From: Phoronis australis
Taxonomy: Eukaryota; Animalia; Phoronida
Direction: 5' to 3'
Assembly: GCA_002633005.1 (NCBI GenBank)
Contig: NMRA01000085.1
Location: 351,464 to 415,463, forward strand
DNA length: 64,000 nt
The notes beneath the pieces are model-generated. The model searched no databases and had not been told where the DNA came from. It saw only the letters and a program-made list of their open reading frames with translations. Position numbers and translations under genes: made by a program. Below are positions 1 through 12,313 of the stretch, piece after piece. The stretch's first letter is position 1; the number at the start of each line of letters is the position of its first letter.

Positions 1-939
1 CTTTCAAGTCATGTTTTGTAACTTATTGCTTCTTAATTCAGGTTATCAAGTCAACAATATGAATAATCTTAATTTGAGAAATAAGCTATGTTGGATTGTG
101 AAGCTTCAAGCCTCTAATTCTTGTTCCTTGCAACTTCATATTTTTTTTAAATGATGCTTGTCAAATTCTGGTGTAAGGAAACACTATTCCGTCACCATGG
201 TAATAGTTATATGTATGTCCACTTTCATATCATGGAAACTGTTGCTGTTAAATAGTGTTTGTAATGCTAAATGTTGTAAAGTATTGTGCATTTTAAGTTA
301 CTTATTATGCTAAAAGTTTGAATCATTTTGGGTTAATGATAAAAAATGATAACATGTTGTATTGGACTTGTCATACTTATGTGCTCGAACGAGCCCCCTT
401 TTTGGAGAACTGGAAAAAGGTCTGCCTCAGTCACAGAAGCACGAATTCCGAAAAAAGTAGAAAATGAGACAATATTCCACTAGAAGACAGGAAGTACCAA
501 AATTTAGAGTCTGCAATTCATAGCTCTGAACATACCCACTGAATCTTATAGTAAAAGATAGACATTCCCAAAAATTCCAGCCCCCCATTCTTTTAGGCTT
601 GGTGCGCTCATACAAAGTCTGGGAAATCTCTATTGAAAGCCAACAACTTTGCACAGTTCGCCAGAAGTACCCAAGTTCTAATTAAAAATTGTTTGAGCGA
701 GCGCTGTGGCTAGCGACCAGTTAGGCCTAAGGGTAGCTTTGGCGCAAAGCTGTATAGGCCTACTAACAAGCTATAATTTGACGATAATCTTCACTGGTAG
801 CTGGTGACTGAGGTTAACTAAGGTCTGCCGCGGCAGTGTTACACAGGACTAACCAGCCCGTAATTTCATGCAAGTGTCTGAAACTACCCTTGAATATATA
901 CAGCATTTATGATTTGACCATTTTACTTCGACAAAACAG

Positions 940-1330
940 CTTGCAACCGCATGCATTTACCGTTCGCCAGTGTCTGGTCTCGATCGGCACCGGGTCGGAT
1001 ACGCTGCGGTCCCGAGTCTGGCAAAATAATTTCTGTCACAATTTTTTCGCCACATTTCTTCAGCAAATTCGATAAAATTGTCCGTAGTTTGATTTTATTA
1101 AAATTAAGGCGCGTTGTCGATTATGTTATCCCCGTTTGCTGGCTGGTAACAGTACAGGCACTGCTCCAGTCGCACTGACGGCGTTTTCTCGGCCTGCGTT
1201 CCTGAATGAATTGTACTTCCGGGTTCGAGGCAAGTTCAAAATGGCGGTGGATCTTCGGGTGCTAATCGTGAGTGGCGCGTTTATCTAAACTTTTTTGAAG
1301 TACGGATCTTGTATTAGTTATGGGGTAAGT
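940..1330. promoter_or_regulatory. Putative CpG-rich (possibly bidirectional) promoter / first-exon region
   Basis: Local CpG enrichment; ETS-like CTTCCGG (~1216) and YY1/Kozak-like AAAATGGCGG (1238-1247). Candidate plus-strand donors GTGAGT (1268) and GTAAGT (1325); candidate minus-strand donor ACG|GTAAAT near 960. No downstream exons were linked. Confidence 0.3.
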
Positions 1331-2246
1331 ACTTCTTGGATCCTTATAACATCCTCTAACCATGTAATAAGGGTTAACAACGCGTGAGAGAAGGACTTTA
1401 ACAAGTGTTCATGTATAAAGAAGACGGTGCTCAATGAACCCATCCAGACCTTACAGCAGTGTTCGATTGTGATGTAGCACCTTGAGAATGAAGAGAAACA
1501 CCAGGTGGCAGGGAATGTTATGTTTGCATGTAACTGTGCTGGACGAAAATGAGGATCGGCAACGCAGTTGGGACAGTGTGAAGCACTGAGAAGTCACGAG
1601 TGCCGATTATTAGCGTTAAGTCAGCATACGTACCGTGGTATGCCTACTTTGAGGGTGTAACCAAGAGACAGTCAAAATCAAAGTAATGCCCCGGGTACAT
1701 AATCACATCCTATTCGATCATATCCAAAAGCTCACCAGGAGCATATTAACAAAGACTGAAATAATAAGGAAACGATTAAATATCAATAGATTTGATACTC
1801 ATATCAAATGTATCAATTGCCGCCGTTTCCCTTTACGTGAAAGCATACATATTTTCATAGTAAAGAGCCCTTCAATGATGGAATGGATTGCCACAGATTT
1901 TTGTGAAGCTACATGCTAATTCGGAGGTTCCCACGATCTTTATTTTGTGTCTGTAAAATTGATACACTTATACCTTTTAATATTAAGTTGTATAATTGCG
2001 CACTAAAGTGAACTTGGAGGCAAGCCCGGGCTAATGGAGGGTATTGTCGCTCTTTCCTTGTCATTTGACAATATCATCCTCAAGTACTTCGGAGCCTTTT
2101 TTCGGAGGAGTGGGGAGGTAGGAGGTCTGGCAGTGGCAAGGAGTTTCTTCAGTACCCACTGAACCGATTCACTTCCTAGTTGGTCTCAAATGTTTTCATG
2201 TTTTTGCCCGAGCACAGAACCCTTTTGAAAATTCATGAAAATTCAA

Positions 2247-2440
2247 TTAACTCCCCTGTCCATGTCCATGCCCTTTATAATACTTACCAGTAAACCAACA
2301 CGGCTTCGTCTTCTGAGTCAAAGGAAGGATCTAATGAAACAGCATTGGGAAAGGCTTTTTATGGAATTGCACGGGTTGACTTTCGCTTTCAACCAATCAG
2401 GTTGTTGTACAGTTGTTTGTGGCACGTAAAGAAGTCATAT
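2247..2440 (+). repeat. Interspersed repeat (second copy at ~45025-45215), possibly the end of a non-autonomous TTAA-type DNA element
   Basis: ~190 bp aligns by eye with 45025-45215 (CCCCTGTCCATGTCC...CTTACCAGTAAACCAAC...AAAGGAAGGATCT...TTTATGGAATTGCACGG...CAACCAATCAG); both copies start at a TTAA. Confidence 0.6.
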
Positions 2441-2881
2441 GGAAGGTCAGTCGTTCTAACAAGCATGAGATACCGGTACATTAGCTGGGGTTAATTCCGC
2501 AGTATAAAGGCACTACCAATAAACAGGTATCGTTCAAGTCTTTGTGAGAAATCCTCACGTGTTCATTTCACAAGAAATATGTGATCACAGTTGCTTTTAC
2601 AAGCAAGGGCTTTGTGTTTACGGAACGTAATCTGACTGGTCTGTTGGTCATTTTTTCAGCTTTACTGCTTACAGCTATAAATTTGAACTGATCGGGAGTA
2701 TGATAGACAGGACATACAAGTTTCAGAGTTTTGCCAAGGATTTGTCTATAATACTACAGAAAAATCAGTTTCCAGCTATTGATAAACTACATACTGATTG
2801 TCTTTCTGGGTTGACTGACAATACTAGTAGTGTTGATGGGGGTGGTTTATTAGTAAGACAGCACAGTTCCCCTATGTAGAT

Positions 2882-3026
2882 CAGGCGTGCGTTCAGTAGA
2901 CGCTAGGACCTAGCTAAAACGTAGTCAAAGTCACGTGTTCTCATTTAAAATTCACGGCAATAACTTACGTGATCTCGCGAAGTCTTGCTTTTTAGCCAGG
3001 TCCTAGCGTTACTGAACGGGAGGCTG
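2882..3026. mobile_element. MITE family A copy (others at 12156-12313 and 36054-36211)
   Basis: Imperfect TIRs CAGGCGTGCGTTCAGTAGACGCTAGG ... CCTAGCGTTACTGAACGGGAGGCTG; three near-identical ~150-bp copies in the window. Confidence 0.8.
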
Positions 3027-5134
3027 TTTTCTGCTATTGCGCAGAAGCTTATCCACAGTTTGTTAAGCCTTATTGTGTTGATCGCTCGCCTTTGTTCACA
3101 CGCTCACATGTCGTGCATGAATTCTGCTGTGCAGGCTGCAGTGCCGTTATGTTGGCGAAACGCGTCGAAATCGGAATACACCTAAGTCGTATAACAGGAG
3201 GTTTTTGTGACTTATTTGGGAGGGACCTCGGTCAAACGTCTTAGACCAAAACTTAAACATCAAAAGTCACGCGTGGTGGCTGCAACCGAAAGTGATATCA
3301 TCCGCAAACCAGTAGGAAGTGACAATAACGTCGCAACTCATTACTTAACAGGTTTAATTGAACCTGTAAGCACGGAGTATATTGCCATATAGGAGTGTTC
3401 ATTTTGCCATTTTGCCATTCGTCGAAATGGTTATCGGTCGAAAAACTAGCGCCCCTAGGGGAGAATAAGCAACACTAATTTATCGGCGGAGTCCGAACCA
3501 TGTAAACACTGATACATTCATACTTTAAGGACGTTCGACGTACAATGAAATTACTGTACGATTAAAAATGAGTAAAATAATTTGTGAACTAACATCCAGT
3601 TGTAATCGAATGAGAATGAAAATGTGTGTTTTAATCAATATGAAAGTGAATTTACTTTCATTCTCTTGAAGCTCCCTTCAAAACCAGTCATGGTTTTGTT
3701 TCATGTTGGAGTTTTTATTAAGACAAATTACCGTTCCTTATAACATTTCATACGTTCATGGATTACATATGTTTAGTGATTGCTCCTGGGGGTTCATCGG
3801 GGAGTTGCCCCCAGGTGCCAGCAAGGGGGGTACCAGGGAGGAATGCAAACCGGCAAAGTGGGTGACGAATGGGTTTTGACCCCTCCCAGGGGGATACATG
3901 GGAGGAGTGCTTAACGGGTAAAAACGTATGGGGTATGCCACATGAGTGTTGAGCCCCTCCCATCATCATAAATTTGGGTTGCTTCCCTGACCATTGATAA
4001 TATGTGCTGAGGTGGTGATAAGATTTGGGGTTCGTTTGGTGCATGCCCCCCGGTGTCCATGCCCCTGTGGTTATGTCAATACCATCGTGGGTATTTTCCA
4101 ACTTTTCGCTAGATGGTGCTCCCAGCTCATTGCTGGTTTCATCTCCACCCAACAATTTCGCATGTGTTCCCTGTTCAATGCACCAGGCTACTAGCAATGC
4201 AGGCAATTGTTTTGTGCAGTGGGTGTTACACAAGTACAATGTAAAGAGAAGAAAGCAAGGCAATTCTCCAATATGAGTCACGCTCACATATAATTTTAGA
4301 ACATTCCATCTTAGTGACATGCCAGTAAAGGGTAACCTTTCCACTCTCCCACTGTAATCCCTATAGTTACAAGTCAGATGCTAATCCAAAGAATTTAAGC
4401 TCACAACTTACAAAATCTATTAATATTCAGTATCTCCTCACTCATAACCAGTCAAAGTTGCAAAATGTCATGACGAAATATTTTAAAATGTACGTACTAA
4501 ACATCAATCAAAATACTCACCACCCACGCAACTTCATACAAAATTGAACTAAAATGACTTGGATGACAAGACCAAAGTGTAATTTCATATACTCACTGTT
4601 CCTCTTTTCAGCAACAGAATTTTTTTCAGGTAAGTTACAGCCTGACCACGAGGTGATATCTGCTACATGTGTACTTACCCACAACTAGGGCTTATGTTAA
4701 ACACAATCTCCAAAAACGTACAAAATAGGCAACGCATACACCAAGACAACAAGAGTATCTGACCAACTCACTCTCTATAAATTCACTAGTAAACAGCAAC
4801 TCTTTCCGCCAAAGAAATGCGCTACAATTAAAGCTGAAAACCAACTTACTCATAGACGTGTTTGTCATCAACAAGAAGAAACAGATTCTGAATCTTCAGC
4901 TCAGCAAAAGTGGGGCAAACCAACACGACCTCTGCAAATAAGGGTGTTCTGAGTGTAGAGAACACTAAAGCACAGATAACGTATTTCATCTTCTATGCAT
5001 GGGAAAGTACACAAATCACACAAACGCTCCTCGTTACAAGTAAAAATTCCAAAATGTCCGATTAATACCATCAGCCGCAAGATTCTACATCTAAATTGAG
5101 AGAACGGGAATTTTTTCTGTAGGAAAGTTAATTT

Positions 5135-5350
5135 TTAGAATAAAATTCTGTTTGATAGTTTGTTTGGGTTTGATAAAATTTCAGCCCTCCGTTCAGACTC
5201 TGAAAGATCCATCAGTTTCACTTTTGCTCTCTCCAAATCACAGACTAACCTTTCATAAAATGTTTCAATCCTACCAACCTTAGAAATAATTTGATAAACA
5301 GGTTCTGACCAATTGCCTTTTCCAAAAGTGATGTCCCAGTAAAATTTTTG
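5135..5350 (-). mobile_element. LINE (non-LTR retrotransposon) ORF2 C-terminal remnant
   Basis: Translation SRIYQKFYWDITFGKGNWSEPVYQIISKVGRIETFYERLVCDLERAKVKLMDLSESERRAEILSNP resembles the post-RT region of invertebrate LINEs (RLTKKIFxWD..NW..VCDL..W..KPKL pattern, recalled from memory). Confidence 0.5.
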
Positions 5351-5515
5351 GTAGATTCGGGACATCAAATAATGTTGGCACTGCATTCCATATCAGCCTA
5401 TTCTTCATACGAGCAATCATGACTATGGACTCCTCAAAGTAACGAGAGCATACTGTAACTTGCAGTTCTTGGACAAGTAAGTTGCATCGCTATTCATCAG
5501 GTCGGCTCCCGGCAG
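5345..5515 (-). pseudogene. Degenerate THAP zinc-finger fragment (transposase-derived)
   Basis: Frameshifted translation ADLMNSDATYLSKNCK / VCSRYFEESIVMIARMKNRLIWNAVPTLFDVPN matches the THAP C-terminal CxxHF...AVPTLF motif (His replaced by Tyr). Confidence 0.65.
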
Positions 5516-6372
5516 AAATCAGTGAGAGACTGAGGAACAAACCTCATACTCACCAGGCCCATAGAAAACTGGTAGCTTATCCTACCCTACACTGCAACAG
5601 TCCTGTCGTACTGTGCCTGTGATAGAGACATAACCGTCTTGATGTCTACTAATAACTAAGTTAGTAATAAATTTGAATTTGCTTCTGATTCAAAGCTTAA
5701 CGTAATCATCGGGCCGTGCCCAGCCAATTTCGCCCAAGTGGTGTTTGCGTGGATGACGAGGATCGTGCAGAGGGTTAGACGAGGCTATTATGTTATTCAT
5801 TGGCATTGAACACGCGTGGTGGCTACAAGATCGGGTAACAAGGGAGTCTAGAAGTAAATTTCTATACCAAGCTAAGGCATATAGCAGCGAGAGAGCTTCC
5901 AAAAAGTAGTGCGCTGTGAATGACTTAAAATCGACCAAGAAACGAAGCAGCAGAAAATAGTTCGTTACCTGTTATTTTGGTGTACTCACTAGCATAGTAC
6001 TGTAAACTACAGGCATTTTCAAATTTGGAATTGAAAATAGCCCTCAAATATTTTGTTTATCCAATGTCCATGCATGTGTGTACATGTCGGCGTGCGTTCC
6101 CATTTTTTTAAATTTACTACACACAGGTGGTAGAGTCACTATAGGCAGTCCTCAGTCGTTGCTCAAAAACCAGACAGTTAACTACCTTGTTTTCTTGCAC
6201 TGAGAAAATCCCGACGAGCACGTTCACATTATTTGGGAAAAGTACGTCTATAACTAATAAAACTTTAGTCAATGAAGGAAGTCTTCTATTGACAATCAGT
6301 GTCAATGGTGCACAGCCTTGCGCACTTTATATGAGCAACAAAGTTGATGAAAAAGATATTCAAGGTTACATG

Positions 6373-6374
<2 letters not shown>

Positions 6375-6425
<51 letters not shown>
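6375..6425. repeat. (TA)n microsatellite
   Basis: Pure TA run of ~50 bp. Confidence 0.98.
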
Positions 6426-6427
<2 letters not shown>

Positions 6428-8110
6428 CCGTCCGAGTATGTCATGAGGTGTAATCAGTCATTTAAGCATACATGTACCTAATTTGAAAGTTTGGCAAGGG
6501 ATAACGCCAGATCGTTACATTTGAATTTGAGTCCCGTTCTTTGCGAGTAACCGTCTAGTCCAGTCATTCTACGGATGACCCGGAAATAATTTCAACAGAA
6601 GAGTTTATTGCAAAATTGTATTCTCTCACACCCCTTAGAGTGATAAAATATCTACCGGAATAGGAGTGGCGGAAGTTGGGTTTTCGAAATGGCGGACAAA
6701 ATGGCCGCCAGATTTGCATATGACCGTTAACTCGTGAGTGGAGTGTGATAGAATAAAAATTCAAAAAGGTTTACGCATACTTTGTGGGTTAACAAATTCA
6801 TTGAAAATAGTTTTGCATAGCTGCGGTGACACCGTCCGCCAATTTCCAAGATGGCTGCCAAAACCAGTTCGAGACCCACCACTTCGCCCGAACAGATTAC
6901 TGTGTTGTTTTGATTTAAACATTGCATCATAGGTTTTCTGGGTCGAATAATCCATTTATACCCATTGCGTTTGGCTCTAATGATTACTTCCGCCGTTTTC
7001 TAAGATGGATACTAAATAGTTGCTTCGTTTAAGAGCTTCAGATTCCAGAGACACGCCATCTTCACAAATTTTATATTCTGAGTTTCATAGGTCAACGTGT
7101 CCATTAAAATTATTTTTGTCTGGATCTGATTTATACGGCTACCAATTTCAAGATTTTTAAACAAATAACACCTTATTTGCGTGAAAAAACTCCAGGTTCG
7201 CCTGCACTGAAGGGTCATTCTACTGAAAAAATTGTGCTGTATCGAATATAAATCTCTACGATTAATTTAGTAATCTACTATCCACACCAATTGACGGTCT
7301 GTGCCACCTCCAGTTAGCTGTAAATACTGGTGAAGCAGTAATTCTCAGTCTGTGATCAAAATCTATACACAAGTCAATCAACAAGTATTTACACAACTAA
7401 TCTCTTTCAACTGAGAATCGAAATTGTTGCAGCTTATATCACTGCATTCTCCACATGCAACCGAGTATGGCAATTCTAAGTTCTTGCGAGTACATCTCTT
7501 GGAACTGCCGTTGGTCTTACACGAGCATCTTACTACTTTCAGCAGGTTCTGTCGTCATGGGAGTGAGTTTTCCACCTGCCAGCATCCATCCCCAATCCAG
7601 GAGGTCTAGGTCACTGCCATGAAAACATGACCACTCTTGCTCTTGTCCTGGCAGCATGGAATTTACTTGATGAAGCAGCTGGTGGTAATGACTGCATTTC
7701 GACTGGGGTTACATTTGATGACGCCTTTTCCACAAATCGCCTGCATGTCAAGTCATCCAAATTTCCAGAGCCAGTACCGCCATGAAGCACAACTCTTTTA
7801 ACAGCTTCAATTATGTCTTGCTTCAGCTGCATGAGTAGAGTGAATACTCTAGCGTTTTCGTAGAATTCTCAATCACGCAGTTTCTTGAATGGCAGAGCCT
7901 TGCCAATACCGAACAGCCATGATGTTGTATCACAACTACCGAGTGCATGCGCAAATGGCAAAAGCGCGCAAGTTTCGGCACCAAGAGGCAACTGTAGTTT
8001 CTTGATGTCCCACACTCTCCTCTTGTTTTGGTGCCTCTTTCATGAATATTGAAAATTGTTGTGAAGTAGCATGGTAACACAAAAGGACGACCAACAAGTC
8101 TGTATCGTCT
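6426..8110 (-). mobile_element. Academ-type DNA transposon remnant (transposase C-terminal part plus subterminal region)
   Basis: Frameshifted minus-strand peptides over 7420-8110: DTDLLVVLLCYH, LPFAHALGSCDTTSWLFGIGK, LDDLTCRRFVEK..QSLPPAASSSKFHAAR, WGW-like, LLKVVRCSCKT..RCT..ACGECSDISCNN. These match the XPG/PIN-like and Cys8 regions of Academ proteins. Typical AAAATGGCCGCC / CCAAGATGGCTGCC subterminal motifs at 6690-6860. Confidence 0.7.
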
Positions 8111-8216
8111 GAGAGTTTGTCAAGGCTGTTACGGCAGATTTACTATTAGGTATCGGATATAAACCAGACAATTATGTGTGTATACATGTCTAGGCCTATG
8201 CATATCAACAACTATC

Positions 8217-8218
<2 letters not shown>

Positions 8219-8273
<55 letters not shown>
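8219..8273. repeat. (AT)n microsatellite
   Basis: Pure AT run of ~55 bp. Confidence 0.98.
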
Positions 8274-8275
<2 letters not shown>

Positions 8276-9812
8276 ATAGACCACTGACGTCGTACTTTTG
8301 CATGGTCTATCCTATATAGATATAGGATATACCAAGTCATGTATTACCAAGTGTGGTATTGTCTGGGCAATAGCTTATTTAAAAGTTCTCATTTCAAATG
8401 AGAAGATGTTAGTGAATGACTTTGCAGGCATCCACGAGAATTGGTGATTAGTAATAAAAGCACTATATACTACGAATGTTGTTGTTTCATCACTCTGGTT
8501 GAAGCTGACAACTTCAAAAAATCCACCCAACAATAATCCCAAACATGAATGTTTTTCAGCAGTAAAACGATAATGTACCTTATGGCCCGACTGATATAGC
8601 AAAGCGTTACCTGCAATGAGAATATTTTGAGTTTTTGTTGGAGAGTAAGTTTTATTTCCACGTTTTTACCAGTAAATTTGTATCCTTGTCACATTTTTCC
8701 TACAATGTATCATAGTGTAGAATAATTTTTCCGTTCATTAAGTGACCTCCGCCATCTATAGCAGGCCTCTGAAACTCGCCGCCCGAAATTTGTAACATTC
8801 TTGATCCGCTAATTGGCGCTTATGCTCGCATTAACCAATCATAAGAACTCATAGGTAGGTCAAAGGCAACGAAGCTTGGACTAGTAAGTGGCATCAGCGT
8901 TAAGGAGGCACACGACAGTTCTCACTGGTTTTTGCCCAGCAAAACAAACGACACTTGATTTGTCACATTTTCTTCACTCTGTCGAAAACAGTATGCAAAG
9001 AATGACATGTTTTCAGTTATTTCACATAAAAAGACCTACAGATGAGCACAGAAACTTTATTGTGACTTGTACTTTTAGTCCTTTCACTTCAACTAAAAAG
9101 CAAGGTAGGCTAAGAAAAAAAGGGGCAAAAAAGCACACAATCGGCACATTTCACCCCAAAACCAGCACTTACCTGTCGATGCACGACTAAAGCAAATATT
9201 AGATTCTGAAAGCAAATTTCCTACCCATTCCGAAAATGTGATCCAAAAGTACTGTCAACCAACTAGTTTTTTGGCAGTTCTGGCTTTTTTGAGGGCTACC
9301 TGAAATCGCAGCCAATTTGTCATTCGATACCCAGCAACGCACAGTTGACCTACATGTATTGCAAGCTCCGCACCCTTGCGTAATGTCGATCGCTAACAAA
9401 CAATAAGTTTTGCCCGGCATTCTGTTGCTTGTCGGGTAAAATGGCGGCTTGGAAATGAAGGTATGTCAAGAATATGATGAGTTCCATATGGTCAGCTAAG
9501 CCGTCAATCAAATCCTGGCGCTCGGTCAATTGCAATCGGTGGCCGCCATCTTGTATATGTAAAAGAGTGCAGCTACAGCCGAGCAAGTGGTCTTTTTCAT
9601 TCTCAACATGTACACAAATACAAACAAACCACATTTACTGAGCCAACATGCAATGCCTACCTACAAAATGCCCCCAAACTTGGCCTCTCCCAAAATTTTA
9701 ATATTTTGTCAGTGCAAATTGGCCGCGGCCGCAGCCTAACTATTCAGTGCCACCTAGCCTGAAATCACTCTTGTCGCCAGAGCAATATTGGCCAAGATTG
9801 CAATAAATCATG

Positions 9813-10553
9813 TGTCAGAATATGGTCTGACAGTATTTTTAGTTGTATTGTTTTGTTTTGTTATTCTGTTTGACTGGCATGACCCCTGAGTTAAGTACAG
9901 TGATGGTGTAATTTGTTTACTACAAAATAGTGTGGAACTTTCTAGAAGACTGAGGTCAGAACAGTGATGATGTAATTTGTTTACTGCAGTATAGTGTGGA
10001 ACTTTCTAGAAGACTTTAGCATGACAGTGATTAATGCAGTCTGGAATATTCTAGAGACTAGTACATGTTTGTAGAATGATTGGGTAGGTTCCAGAAAGTT
10101 CTGGTATGTGCTTGAATTGATGAAAAGTTCTAGAACAATGCATTAGGCTATAAATACACAAGCACGGGTTTGTGTTAGTCACTTGAGTCCAAGAAGATTA
10201 AGTCAGTGAGATCAAGTCAGTTCACGAGAAGATGAAGTAAGTTCAAGAAAGTTAATCAGGAGAACTACAGTTGAGTTTCAGTGAAGAGAATCGGCAGTTA
10301 CATCGATAGTCAATAGAGAGCCAGCTCTGGAGAAAGCAGGTTATTGAATCGAGTGTAACAGTTGCTGAACGTGTCTCAGAAGTTCATCACAAGTCAAGGC
10401 TTCGCAGCACTGGCTGGAGCATAGAACAGACATTACGTCGGACGTTTTGTTTGAGTAGGCTTGTGAACATACGGTCGAGATTAATAAAGGATTAACTCGA
10501 ACCAGTCTTCAGTCAATCTTCGCACCGAAAGCTATTAGCACCGGTCTGTAACA
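9813..10553 (+). mobile_element. Solo LTR (probably Gypsy-like) with heat-shock-element cluster
   Basis: TGTCAG...GTAACA termini, ~740 bp, TATAAATA at 10149-10156, AATAAA at 10483-10488, internal 64-bp tandem duplication. No internal gag/pol; TSD only partial (tcatg/acctg). Confidence 0.65.
9935..10156 (+). promoter_or_regulatory. Cluster of heat-shock elements (nGAAn inverted arrays) directly upstream of a TATA box
   Basis: GAActTTCtaGAA at 9935-9947 and 9999-10011; GAAtaTTCtaGAg at 10044-10056; TTCcaGAAagTTC at 10089-10101; TTCtaGAA at 10128-10135; TATA at 10149. Confidence 0.65.
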
Positions 10554-12155
10554 ACCTGCGCCCACCCAAACACGGGGAAAAACGTGACATCGTGCATGAA
10601 ATTCACAGTCCACATGAGTGTGAGAGTGGTAGCTGGGACACAGCTGTCTACTTGTACACAGAACCATAACAATACAGGACTGCCATGAGTGACCAACATG
10701 CGCTTGCATGCCAAAGCGCTTTTTGCTAATCTGCAGTTGCTTGCCAATACATGTTTATTTAAAAGTGGAGTCCATTCCTACGTAACACTAACTGAAAATA
10801 AGACGGAGGACAATGTACTTATGAACTCTGTTATAAGACGGTAAATAACACATATTTCCACTGTTCCCCGGCTGACCCAGGCAACAAAATCAGACAGTTT
10901 ACTAGTATGTTTTTCCCATACCCCTACCCAGAATAGGCAAAACATTCAATCGTGAAACAAATCATTGCTGTCTTCAAGAGTATAGATTGTGAGGCACAAG
11001 AATGGAACAACCTTGAAATCATCTACTTATAGGCAAATTCTGCATAAATTCCAACGTTTTTGTAACTTTGAAAGTATTCGTAAGATCATCCCGGAATGGA
11101 AAAATGGGTAAATCAACGTGTATTACCGATTGCATTCTAATCTCCTCAACGGAGTGCATATTCCACTGCAAGACAAGCAGGTGATCAGTAAATAAACGCT
11201 TCTCCTCACACGACCGTATGTTAAGCTATTTTCGGAGCACAAGAGACGTGAAATTTTTTTTCAAAAAAACGTGACATGAAATTTGGACCACAACCTCTGA
11301 ATACTGGTCGTCACTTATAGGCAAATTAGCTGGCTACATGAATTCTTCCACAAACTTGACATAAAACTGAGCTGTGCGCTCAAGCTTCCAGACAATCGTT
11401 AACATTGGCCTACCTGAAGGGGGCAAACTTCAAGAGACGTGGACATTTTTTCACCAGTGACTCTGACATTTGGCAATGACAAGTCTTAACATACACTCTC
11501 TGCGATAGGCTATCCGGAAAAACTGTGTAGTTATTTCCGTGACTTAATATTCGAAATTCAGTCCATCGAATTTCTGATACGACGCATCCGATTAAAATTC
11601 AGTCCATCAAATTTCTAGTTTGTGATATTTCTGTAGCAAGCCAGAATATTTACACTAACCAGAATAAAGGCGGGTGAATTCGTTCAAAACATAATACCCG
11701 CAAAGTTCCTCAAAATGCCACTCATAGTTCCAATACAATTCTCTGAATAAAATCGCAGGATTTCAACAATGAACCCAAGCCATCCCCAAGAATGGTGATG
11801 GACAGTGAAAAGCTAAGTAATTTCTGATGAATAATAACCAGATTATTGCTGTTTTATGAAACGCTTCACCCCAAACTTGACCAATTTCGAAGAAGTAAAA
11901 GTTACACAACTCTGCAAGCACAACAAAATGGCCAAAATGAACATCTAACAAGTGTTCAAATACAAATGTTATGATTATTTTCCTATGCACTCATAGGAGG
12001 CAGCAAATTTCGATAAACAGCCAATACATTTAATTAATTACACAACAGTCAATACAGAATTATACTAATACCTCTCATACAGTACTATAATAGTTTGCAT
12101 GTACATAGCGCAAACAATATCTAAATGATTTAAGTTTAATAAATGACACGTTCAT

Positions 12156-12313
12156 CATGGCGTGCGTTCAGTAGACGCTAGGACCTACGCTAGGACCTAG
12201 CTAAAACCTAGTCAAAGTCACGTGCTCTCATTTAAAATTCACGGCAATATCTCACGTAATCTCGCGAAGTCTTGCTTTTTAGCGAGGTCCTAGCCTTACT
12301 GAACGGGAGGCTG
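12156..12313. mobile_element. MITE family A copy
   Basis: Same TIRs and internal sequence as 2882-3026. Confidence 0.8.

Noticed and set aside
1640-1760. LINE RT fragment (PTL...APG..HI.FDHI)
   Set aside because: Too short and frameshifted to support.
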